A stretch of 64,000 bases of DNA, taken from the IMG/VR virus record IMGVR_UViG_3300044591_000896, positions 32,001 through 96,000 of that record. The stretch is one strand, 5' to 3'. The DNA comes from a virus. A model generated the notes under the pieces. That model saw only the letters and a list, made by a program, of their open reading frames with translations. It was not told where the DNA came from and made no database searches. Every line of letters begins with the position of its first letter. Position 1 is the stretch's first letter. Below are positions 44,627 to 55,300 of this stretch, one piece after another. A program made the position numbers and the translations under genes.

Positions 44627-46618
44627 TTATACCATTTGTGTTCCTAATGATCTACAGGTAATTTCTGTAGTTAGGCCTTCCTTGTATGTGTGATATACGC
44701 CAGTAATAATAAATTTCTCTGTTCCGTCCAGACCTTGATATGTATACTTTACGCTTACAATATCTCCAGGAGACAGTAGTGGGTTTCCAAAAACCTCTGC
44801 TACTAATATTTTTCCTTTATTTACAACTGCATCTTTGATCCAGTATGCCAATGACTCTACATCATTTTCATTTTGTAGCCACATAGACTGAAAAACTATT
44901 GGCTCGTCACTCTTGTAGTCATTTTCTTTTACTGTAGAAAATTCTTGATCTGGGGTTTTGTTTATTTGATTTCCAAAAACAAATAGACTGTTGGTCTTTG
45001 AATCTTCTAGCGGAACTGTTGTAGATGAATTGTTTAAAACAAATATATCTGTCCCATAAGCAGACGTTTTATTTCCCAATATCTTTGCTGACTTATTTAA
45101 AGATAAAGATATGTCAATAGGCTTAGCTGGGCGTTCATCAAATTTTGTACTTAGTCTATATATCTCTCTTACTGTGGATCCAAACTCTTCTACTGCACCT
45201 GGCTTTTTTGTAATTTCGTCATCTTCGCTTACAGAATTATATATAAAATCTCCAAATGATAAATCTAATATATCATTTGAGAACTGTCCTGCATAGAAAT
45301 TTGTAGAGTACTCTGCTTTTTTATATTGCTCTTCTGTTATAGTGTCTGCATATACGTAATCAAAAAATGCTTTGCCTACTGTAGTAAATAAAGATACACC
45401 TTTTTGAGGATAGATTGTTCCTGGAAATCTTTTATCATTACTAACCTTGTCTGTGGCAACAATTCTTTGGCCATTAATAAAACATATTATAGTTGTTTGT
45501 GATGGTGTGTACTTTACCTTTACATCAATAGCATATGTTATTCCTTGCTGAACACCAGCAAACATAGACTCTCTAGTTATTTGAGAATCACTTAGAACTC
45601 TTTGCTCTGATCCGTCTACCTTTATTATCCTAAGAGGTTTTTTATTTGCATCAGAAGCATTTGCCTCTGTGCTTAGCTGTATAAAGTAACCTTTGCCCCC
45701 GTTTTCTGAAACAAAAAATCCTAGGCCTGCTGAATTTCTTCCATTTGAATTGACCTCTGTATCAAAGTAAACTGTGGTTCCAAAAGAATAATATCCATTA
45801 GGTTGTTGTAGTGCTAAGTAGTACTGACTATATGTTATAGCTGGGACAACTATTGAGTCAAAATCTTTATATACAATAGAAGTGTTATTTTTTATATTAT
45901 TAAAAATTTCTAAGTATGACTTTCCAGATGTTTGATTTGCTAATGAGGCAGGAGATATTTTGTCTCTTGCAATTGGAGAATAGTACGATGTCTTGTACTT
46001 ACTTATGAGTTCTGAGTACTTGCTTATGTTCTCATCAAGAGATGGGTTACCTTTATACGGATTAATTCTAAAATCATAATACCTTCCAGAATTTATTCCA
46101 GTTATAATTATATCCTGTATGGCTTTTCCAGTTGTAGCTCTTTCTGTTATAGGAGTTATTCCAGTTCCATCAAAAGAAAATGTATTTGCAGTTACAGATA
46201 TTACTTTCTTTTTTGATACATTAAATCTTGTAAATGTATTGCTTATAGTTACATAATCTCCTACCGCAAAATTGTGTGCATTTGCAGTGAATGTAATTAA
46301 ATTATTTGCACAAACTAATTTTGTTACATTGTGTTTATAAAATATTAACTTTCTTGTTGTGCTTCCTGGCCAAAGGTCTGATGGGGGTCCGTCTGGCGAT
46401 TTTCCATCTGATGAAAACATTTGACGAGTCACAATATATCCGTCTGGGTCTATGCCTAGATCAATTTCTTTTACAGAAATATGTATATTTATATTTGAGT
46501 TTTCAGCTAACCCCAGATCTTTATTTGATATCTCATGTACTGATGATGAGTATAACATGTCAATAACTGGTCCAGTATGTTGAGGATCTTCAATCATTTG
46601 TATTTCTGATAGTCTCAT
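44627..46618 (-). CDS. Minor tail protein
   Basis: Position; C-terminal GNPLLSPGDIV...FIITG...TTEITCR baseplate-hub-like end. Confidence 0.75.
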   Translation of the reverse strand: MRLSEIQMIEDPQHTGPVIDMLYSSSVHEISNKDLGLAENSNINIHISVKEIDLGIDPDGYIVTRQMFSSDGKSPDGPPSDLWPGSTTRKLIFYKHNVTKLVCANNLITFTANAHNFAVGDYVTISNTFTRFNVSKKKVISVTANTFSFDGTGITPITERATTGKAIQDIIITGINSGRYYDFRINPYKGNPSLDENISKYSELISKYKTSYYSPIARDKISPASLANQTSGKSYLEIFNNIKNNTSIVYKDFDSIVVPAITYSQYYLALQQPNGYYSFGTTVYFDTEVNSNGRNSAGLGFFVSENGGKGYFIQLSTEANASDANKKPLRIIKVDGSEQRVLSDSQITRESMFAGVQQGITYAIDVKVKYTPSQTTIICFINGQRIVATDKVSNDKRFPGTIYPQKGVSLFTTVGKAFFDYVYADTITEEQYKKAEYSTNFYAGQFSNDILDLSFGDFIYNSVSEDDEITKKPGAVEEFGSTVREIYRLSTKFDERPAKPIDISLSLNKSAKILGNKTSAYGTDIFVLNNSSTTVPLEDSKTNSLFVFGNQINKTPDQEFSTVKENDYKSDEPIVFQSMWLQNENDVESLAYWIKDAVVNKGKILVAEVFGNPLLSPGDIVSVKYTYQGLDGTEKFIITGVYHTYKEGLTTEITCRSLGTQMV

Positions 46619-48882
46619 ATCCACTCCACCACTCTTTCTGTCCATCCGCCAGATTCTATTACATTCATTGGTGTTGCTTTATGATCCGCTGCCAATGTGC
46701 CAAGTGCTCCACGTGTTTTAACACGATATCTACCTGTTGGCTTAAAATATGCTGTTCCTAAAATATTATTGATATCAACAAATCCTGGCTTTGATAATGA
46801 GACATACTTATTAACATCATTTTGTGATGCTATCCAAACAATATTTTCATCATCATTAAAATCAATAAATTGATATTCTAATGCATCAAATTCAATTACC
46901 TCTGAGTCAATAAGAAAATATCCGCTGAATGCGAATCCGCTTTGATATTGGCTATAAGAATCTCCAACAGTATTATTATTTATTACTAATACTGTATTAT
47001 CTGCTGGTGTGTCCTTTGATATGTCTAGCTTTAGTCCGCCTGCGCTCAAAAAAGTCGTTGGTGCTTGTGCAAGCTTTGTAGCATCTCCAGTATACTGGGT
47101 TGGCACAATTGAATTCCATATAATCTTTACGTTATTTCCAGAAGCAACTTCTTCTTGGCTTAAAGAAATAATGTTGGGAAGAACTGACCCTTCTGGCTTT
47201 TCATAAAAATTCCAAACTGGTACCGTTTGTGAATATATCTTATCTCTTGTATAAAATTGCAAAACATTATTTTGATCAAAGAAGGCATTCATCTGTATGT
47301 CTCTACACAAATCTTGAAGGTGCTCCCATACCGTTTTTGAATCTGTTGTCCACCAGTATCCTATTGTTGGTATTGAAGTGTCTTTAATTACTACGGCGCC
47401 TTTTGCAGATGTTTCTGTTACCATATTTATATTATAGTTTGTAAATCCAACTGAGTCTAGCAGTCTTCTAATTATTGCAGTTGCTGAGTATGTCTCGCAC
47501 AGCATGTCTGGCGCTATTGATTCCATTAAATACTTTGCGCCATCTAGGGCAACTATATCTGTGTCGCCAAAGTTATTAATTGTCCAGCTATCCATGTAGT
47601 AAGATCCCTGTGGAATCTTATACTCTGTTGAGCCATCATATATCTTAAAGTGTGGTCTTAGTTCTGCATTTTTAAATGTGTATAAGAAATCAAAGTCAGA
47701 TGGGCCATTGGCAATAGTTGTCCATGGCTTTTCTCTATTGTATGATCTAATCATAACCTGGTTCTGATTGTAGTTTGATAAAGACAAAGAAAGAACATTT
47801 GCTGAAAGCTTTCCTACTGGAAGGATGTCGCTTGAAGATGAATTTGAAGACTCTTGTGATAATGAAAATCCTGCAACTAGTGGGCTTATTTCCTTTACCC
47901 ATCTTGCAGAAATCTCTATTAATCCCATGACGCTTGTTCCGCCAGGATTTTTTGCAGTTAATGCAATTGATTTTATATACTTTGGGGCCCTGTAAATATT
48001 GTCAGTAAAATGAATCCAGTTTTCATCTATCTCAGTAGGATATAAAGATACTTCTCCTGATGGAAAATCTGTGCTAAAGTTAGGCATTATTCCTGACTTT
48101 ACTGCTCCATCTTTATAGGTTATGCTAACTGTAACTTCGGATGGTAGTGCATGATTCTTATCAAATCTAATTAATATCTTATTTGCAATCGCTGCTTTTG
48201 TTTCTGGTATAGTGGCTACTCCAGCAGATGTTAGATAGCCAATCTTACCTATGTTCTTTTCTATAATAAATGAAGTACTTGATGGTACCTCTATAATTTT
48301 GCCGTTTGTATTATATGCTGTGTCTGACATTCCAGTTATTGTTATTGTATTGCCAGTTACAAATCCATGTGGCACTGTGGTTGTATATTTAACCTTGAAC
48401 CTTGTACCAGTATTTGATGCCTCCGCTTTTATAATAGAAACAGTTGTTTGTGAATATTTAATTGTTATTGTTGAGTCTTTGCCTTCTGGCGATAGCCAGT
48501 ATTTATAAAATGTTGATGGACCTGGATAATAAACTCTTGGTGTAGAAAGATTATAGTATGTAGCTTTTGGATCTTTATATATAAAATTAGTTCCATCTGA
48601 TGGTACTACAAAATACTTGACTCCAGAATTTAGTGGTCTAAATGGCTTTATAATAGAATCAACTGGAAATAGCTTTTTAAATGGATTAGCTGTTCCCTGT
48701 TTAAAATTAGTTATTCCAGCGGTATATTCTGCATCTGTGTTTGATGAATACACTGATATATTGTCTATCATTGTATTCATATTGTATTCTATTTCACAGC
48801 CAACTGATATATTGATTGATGATCTGTTTTTTAATATTCCTGTGACGGCATCTGTTTGTGCTGGAGTTGCAAGAGAAATCAT
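46615..48882 (-). CDS. Minor tail / baseplate hub protein
   Basis: Position after the Dit-like gene; TVWEHLQDLC...FFDQNNVLQF hub motif; Ig-like insert. Confidence 0.75.
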   Translation of the reverse strand: MISLATPAQTDAVTGILKNRSSINISVGCEIEYNMNTMIDNISVYSSNTDAEYTAGITNFKQGTANPFKKLFPVDSIIKPFRPLNSGVKYFVVPSDGTNFIYKDPKATYYNLSTPRVYYPGPSTFYKYWLSPEGKDSTITIKYSQTTVSIIKAEASNTGTRFKVKYTTTVPHGFVTGNTITITGMSDTAYNTNGKIIEVPSSTSFIIEKNIGKIGYLTSAGVATIPETKAAIANKILIRFDKNHALPSEVTVSITYKDGAVKSGIMPNFSTDFPSGEVSLYPTEIDENWIHFTDNIYRAPKYIKSIALTAKNPGGTSVMGLIEISARWVKEISPLVAGFSLSQESSNSSSSDILPVGKLSANVLSLSLSNYNQNQVMIRSYNREKPWTTIANGPSDFDFLYTFKNAELRPHFKIYDGSTEYKIPQGSYYMDSWTINNFGDTDIVALDGAKYLMESIAPDMLCETYSATAIIRRLLDSVGFTNYNINMVTETSAKGAVVIKDTSIPTIGYWWTTDSKTVWEHLQDLCRDIQMNAFFDQNNVLQFYTRDKIYSQTVPVWNFYEKPEGSVLPNIISLSQEEVASGNNVKIIWNSIVPTQYTGDATKLAQAPTTFLSAGGLKLDISKDTPADNTVLVINNNTVGDSYSQYQSGFAFSGYFLIDSEVIEFDALEYQFIDFNDDENIVWIASQNDVNKYVSLSKPGFVDINNILGTAYFKPTGRYRVKTRGALGTLAADHKATPMNVIESGGWTERVVEWI

Positions 48883-49358
48883 TATACTTCCTCCAGCGTC
48901 ATTGATATTGTCCAGAAAGAATGTAATCCACGCTTTTGTAAGACTGCGGAAAATTCTGTAAACGATACTGTATATACTTCTCCTGTATTGACATTGTCTT
49001 CTGCGGCACCAGACTTTGCAAAATTTAATAGTATTCTAAATGTGCCCTTGCCCTCTTCGCTTGCATAAAATCTTCTTAGATCTTCTGCCCCAAGGTTTCC
49101 GTCTGCCGTATGTGTTCTTGTAGTTGGTAGCATATTCCAAGACATGCTAAATGTTTTTTTATCAGCAATAAAAAATTTTCTGAGGGTTCCGTTAGCCATT
49201 CTTTGAACTTGCTGGATTCTATTTGAGCCTACAGTTATTTCTGATCTATTGTGGTCAGATATTTTTAGCCAAGTTAAAGTGGTGCCTGGTACAGTGGCAA
49301 GAACATCCTTGCCCTCTATTTGTAGCCCTACGCCTTTAGGTAATTTTGTATAACCCAT
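48882..49358 (-). CDS. Distal tail (Dit-like) protein
   Basis: Directly after the TMP; RMANGTLR...KKTFSMSW...SMTLEEV. Confidence 0.7.
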   Translation of the reverse strand: MGYTKLPKGVGLQIEGKDVLATVPGTTLTWLKISDHNRSEITVGSNRIQQVQRMANGTLRKFFIADKKTFSMSWNMLPTTRTHTADGNLGAEDLRRFYASEEGKGTFRILLNFAKSGAAEDNVNTGEVYTVSFTEFSAVLQKRGLHSFWTISMTLEEV

Positions 49359-52300
49359 TATGCTCTAACCTCCAATCCACTTCCTAGTGATCTACTTTCT
49401 CCCATAGATTTAACTGATATCTTGCTCATTGTCTTCATAGACTCAACTGTTTTTCTTGTAACCATATCAGATAGTGCATTTATGTCACCATCAAATCCAT
49501 TAATATTATTTGTAATGTTATATACGCCTCCACCCATTGTAGCATTATTAGCATTAGGATTAAAGGGGTTCATGTTAGCAGGAACTACTGCTTCATTCTT
49601 ATGAAGCATCGCAAGCATATCTGCTGGGACATTATTAATTCCAGTTTCAAATTTAGGAATGTTGAATTTTCCTCCAGCCATTCCTCCTTCTGCAAAATGC
49701 CCAGCCTTTAAGAATGGCAAAACCTTACCCAATCTTTCTTTTTGATCAGCAGCTCTCGTAACAATTTCTGTTAGTGTTTTTTCTAATTCTGATGATATTT
49801 TAGTAAATCCCACTTTGCTTAAGTTCAGGGAATCAAAAAATCCTAGATCTCTTCCATCTAATATCTTTTTAAATCCAGATACTACTTTTTGAGGAGCTAA
49901 AGATGCTACAACTGGGTGGGACACAGAATTTGTATTTCTTCCACCTTCATGAACTATTGTGTCAATAAGGTATTTAAATCCTTTTGGACCTAGCTTGGTA
50001 AAAGCTAGCCTTAAATTCTCTCCTTGCAAGAAGCTATCTCTTGCTCTACCAAGTGAGCTAAATGCTTGACCAGGTATTCTTTCTCCTGCCAACATCAGTC
50101 TTGCAGTTTCCATTCCGTGAGTTTTAGCTAAAAACGATTCTAGAGCTGCATAGGCTCTTTTGCTTTGAGACCAAATTGATTTCTGTCCGCCACGTAAATC
50201 TAAAGTTTTTCTTCCAGTAAGTTTTTTGAAAAACATTTCATATATGTTTCCAGCTTCTTCGCTAAACACATTAACCGTATTTTTAGTTTTTGAATATGAT
50301 GAAGACATTCCTTTTGAAGCTGTGGTAAACAAATCAAAGTCAAAAAGGTTTCCGAACATGCTGTGCTTAGCAGCAAACATGTCATCTACTGCATTTCCTA
50401 AAACACCAGGTACTGATCTATCTAAAAGTGTTTCTGGAAGTATGCCTCCATGATAAAAAGGACGCATTGATAGCTCTTTAAGTGTTTCAAACATTTCTGG
50501 TCCTGAGCTTGGATCAACTGCTGAAGGTGACCAGCTTCCTTCTCTTCCACCCATTTCTAATATTTTTCTAGCTTTCATTGTTCCATATGGGGTGTATCTG
50601 TATAAGAAATTTGATATAGCTTGCTTTGGATTAAATGAAGATTTTGCTGGCAATATAAATTCTTTAAAGAATTTAAATGAATTCTTTTTAGCATCAATGC
50701 CAGAAGTTATTTTTGACTTTACCTTGCTTCCAATTTTAGCAATAGGATTTAAAGTTGTCGCTTTAGTTAAATTAGATAGTAGCCCAAAAAGTTCACCAAA
50801 GGCTTCCTGAGGATTTGTCTTACCAACATTGCTTAGGTCTGCCCAATCATCCCAAGCCTTTGCTCCTCCAGGAGCACCAGTACGAGATGGTAGAATACGA
50901 GGACGATTTGTAATATCGTCAAAAAAGCTTTTGCCTGTTCTTCTAACATAATCGGCTGTATTAGTAAATACAGATGGAACCCCCTTTGGACTATAAGGTC
51001 TAAAGCCAGCAATTTTAGGTATTTTATACAACGCCTCTTTGCCTACTTTTGTTGCGCCAACTGTTTTCCATAACACAGACCTTAGAGTATTTAATATGCC
51101 TTTAGGCGTTTGTTGTACGGCTCTTAGTGCTGCTGATCCCAACATCTTTGCAGATGGTGCAGCAACATCTAGTGGGTACTTTGATATAGATTTTGCTGCT
51201 TTGGTTTTGCCTACAAGGAAGTTGAGGGGGAATAACGCAGCATTTGCATAGTCACCCTTATTTGGTTTTCCAAAGAATTCGCTTTCTTTTCCTCCTCGAA
51301 AAATTTTATTTCCTGTTTGCATTAATCCTTTTATACCTAATGCGTCAAGCCAAGGTACTGAGAATCCCCTAAACAGTCCATCTCCAACTGCTGGTCCATA
51401 AGAATAAGGAGAGTTGTTGGATGAACTTTTATTTTTAGATTGGCTTTCAGTATAAACTCCCTTATCAATATATCTAGCATTAAGCTGATCAAGAGTCATT
51501 CCCTTTGTATCTATTACACTGATACCAAATCCACCACTCAACTTATCATAAACATAATGTTTTTTTCCATCAAGCTTTGTCCATTTAGGCGCTGACATCA
51601 CATTTGTTGAGTCGTGCTTATGACCTACTGGACCACCGTCATGGAACCCTTTTATCCTGCCTAGTGGATGATTTTTGACTCCAGTATAGAATGGAGCAAA
51701 TTGTCCAGCAGTTTCATTGCCAATCATGTACTTGGTTCCAATGTATCCGTCTTTCATAGCTGCTTGGACTGCTGGATGATTAAATTTTACTCCATACATA
51801 CCTTCTGTAAGACCATACTTTTTTGCCATATCTGTAGAGCTAGCAAACCCTTTACTTTTTAATATTGTCATTATGGCTTTAACATCTAGCTTTGTCTTAT
51901 ATGAGTTACTACCGTATCTTGGATTTCCAGCTTGATACTTAGGGCTTGATGAAAAGTGTGTAAAGTTTCCTAAAGTTTGTTCTTTTTGAGCCTGGTATTC
52001 GAGTGGATGTAAAAGCTCATCAGCTAGGTTTGGATTTGGGGAATTATGGACTCCCTGCTTCATAAGCTTAAGTGCTTCTAGTTTATTTCTAGTAGATCTG
52101 ATGGCTCTGGTTGGCCTAATAAATGGAATTATAGATGCGTAGTCCATAGCTCCAGCGTTGCCTTGTGCAATTCTTCCAGCTGTGTTGTACATTGAAATTT
52201 CTTTTAATGCCTCTAAAGCAGTAGCGTTCTTTTCTGACTGGCTTAAAGATGTCTTGTATTCTGGTGCACGGTAATCAAGTTTTTTTGCTCCATGGTTTTG

Positions 52301-55300
52301 CATTCCAGTAACATAAGCACTTCCTGCATTACTAAACCAATTTAATGGATTAAATCTTGACAGCCAGCCACCTTCTGCAAACCCAGGAATCATTCCGCCT
52401 TTATTTAAATATCCTGAGTTTATTGGTGAGGGTGACCCTAATCCAACTGGGCCACCACCTGCAAGCTTTTGAGCATTTAGTCCATCAAAGAAACTAACTC
52501 CATATTGCTTTACAGCTTTTTCTTTAATTACATACTCACCATTTGAAAGCCAAGCTGGAATAGAATCAGATGTTCCAGTTCCTGGACCCTTTACATTTCC
52601 ACCCCACTCAAAATTCTTAACTGGTCCTCCTGTAGCATAGGATCTAAATCCAACATTAGGAATATTGTATCCCCAATATCCAACTACTTTTCCTCCCTTT
52701 GTTACAGAACCATTGTGCTCATATTTTAATCCGTCTTGAACAAGAGGAGTTTTTACTCCTTTATTGTAAAGTGCTAGATTTATGTCTTGCACTCCGTTAA
52801 GCGCACCACGATTTACTTTGCTATTTGGATATATATAAGCTTCTCCAGACATAGGCTTTTCTGGGTTCTCAAAGTACTTTGCTCTTCCTTTAGCTCCTTT
52901 GCCAACAGATTTTCCATCTGCTGTAAAGTATTCCATTTTATTATAATCATTAGGATTTTCTGGGTCTTTTTTAATTTCTCCACGAAGCTTGCTTAAAGGT
53001 ATAGTTCTTGTTCCATTAACCTCATCTAATCCAGTTAATGTTTTAACATACAAACCAAAGTCTTCAACGTGAGTGCCAAATTTTTCAAAATAAGTTTTAG
53101 CATATTCTACTGTTGAATTTGCTGGGCCACCAGGATCATTTGTTAATGATTTAAGATACGCTACCCAGTCTTGTTTACCAGGCTGTACTATAGGCTGGCC
53201 TCCTGGCGTTACTATTGTTGATCCCTTTGATGTTGGAACTCCGCTTGTTACGGTTTTAGCAGCTTTTGCACCATCTGATCCAAGCGCTGCTAAGGCAGCT
53301 ACATCTGAGCGAAGTGCCTCAGCAAGTAAAGCAATTGTTCCTTCGTCTGTTGTAATTGCTGCTTTAGATAAAGTTGTTGCAATGCTCTGCTGCAATGCTT
53401 GTACTGACGCATATTCTTTTTGCTTAGCGTTAGCTATTTCCTGTAACTTGTTTGCTCGCTCTTGAAGCTTAATAAGTCTCTCTTGAACACCAGCTTTTTG
53501 AGCCTCAAGTTTTTTAACTTCTGCATCTCTCTTATCTTGAATTGCATTTATTGATAGTGTTTTTTGTCTTTCGTTTGTTAAGCTTTGTATATTAAGCTGG
53601 GATTGTGCTGCACGAGACATATCGCCAGACAATAATGCTTGCTGGTAGTTTAGTTGCTCTTTTTGAACCTCTGTTAAATAGTCTTGCTTTTCTGCTTGAT
53701 CTTCAATGGCACGTATTCTTGCATCTGCTTCTTCATTGATTTTTTCTATCTTTTTATCAAGAGCTTTTATTTCTGCATCTGCATTCTTTTGAGCATTCTT
53801 TGTTGCATCATCTGATGCCTTTTTTGCATCATCGTATGCTTTCTTTGCAGCTGCTCCGTATTCTGCAATTGCATCAATTGGGTTATTCATTAAATTAGCA
53901 TTTGTTGTCATCTCTGTTGCTGCTTGAGATATAGCGTTTACAACCTGTAGTAGTCCTTGAGCCTCTTCTCCACTTATATCAGAAAGGTCTGCTGTGACTC
54001 CATTTGTATATAACTGTATTTTTGCCCAAGCATCAACCATGCTATCAGTTGAATTTAATATGTCTTTATATAGTGGGTTTTCTTGTATAAGTGTATTTAA
54101 TATATTGTCGCCAATATCTTGTTGATTAGATTTGTTGGCATTCATGTGGGCTATAGTGTCATTTAAAGCTTCTACTTGTGACTTTGCTTTTCCGCTAGCA
54201 TCTTTTACCCCTACTAAGCTTTGGTAATAAAGCTGTATTGCATCTAATCCACCGCTAAATGATGCTGCAATTTCTTTTTTATCAACATCGGAAGCATTCA
54301 TTGACTTTACAAAAGTATCTATTGCTACCTTTGCTGCTGAGGCTCTATCGACTATCTTTAAAAATTCTGTTGATGATACAGCCTCTGTAGCCTGTGAAGC
54401 TTTATTTGAAATAGATATAATGCTGTAAATTTCTCTTGCTGCATCCTGTGCTGATTTTCCTGCTGCAACTAGCTGAACCTTTAGTGCTGTTGCTGCTTTT
54501 GTAACATCATTTTTATCAAGGTCATTAAACATAGACACAATATCGCCTTGTGTCTCTTTGGCTTTCTTTTGTAATGCATTAAGTTCTTTTACGGACATAT
54601 TAATTCCGCCGCCAATTGCAGTAGATCCCGCTGCCTTTACCTTAGTTAATTGACTTTGTGCTTGTGCTGCATCTGTTGCCTTTTTTATTTTATCAGTTAA
54701 ACTTACGTATGCAATTCCAAGTTGTTTTGCTTGCTTTTCATTTACATCAAAAGCTTCTTGAGAGGCAAGTCTTGCCTTTCTTGCATTCTCCCACGCTCCA
54801 TAAGATACTGTTGCAAGTGTTGTAAGTGCTACTACTGCTACCTTACCCCAACCAGGAATTGCCATTCCAACTAATCTTAGTTTGGCTAAGCTTTGTGCAA
54901 ATTTACTAACGCTCTTAGTTGCTACTGCGGTTTCTGCGGCATCGTCTACAACACTACCTGCTGCTTTAGCAGCCTTTGCAGCCTTTGCAGTTTTTACACC
55001 CTTGTAAATTGATCCAGCAGTCATTACTGCAAATATTCCATTTAGAATAAGGTTTGATTTTTCGCTGGCGATTCCCAACTTCTCTAAAGCTTTTGGCAAT
55101 AACATGAATGCAGCTAATGGCAAAGCTTGCTGTGCTACAATGCTTGCAACTGGACCTAGTGCTCCATAATTATACTTTCCAGTTCTAATCATTCCGCCTA
55201 ATGCATGGTTAGGAACAATACCTCCACTGTTCATAGGAACAAATAGCTCTGGCCCCTTTTCTCCAACTATGTAAGGTGTGCCACCAGATACAGGTCCGCC

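Noticed and set aside
44627-48882. The two adjacent tail genes as one frameshifted or broken gene
   Set aside because: The junction is an ordinary ATGA overlap with a GGAG RBS for the second gene, and I saw no slippery site.
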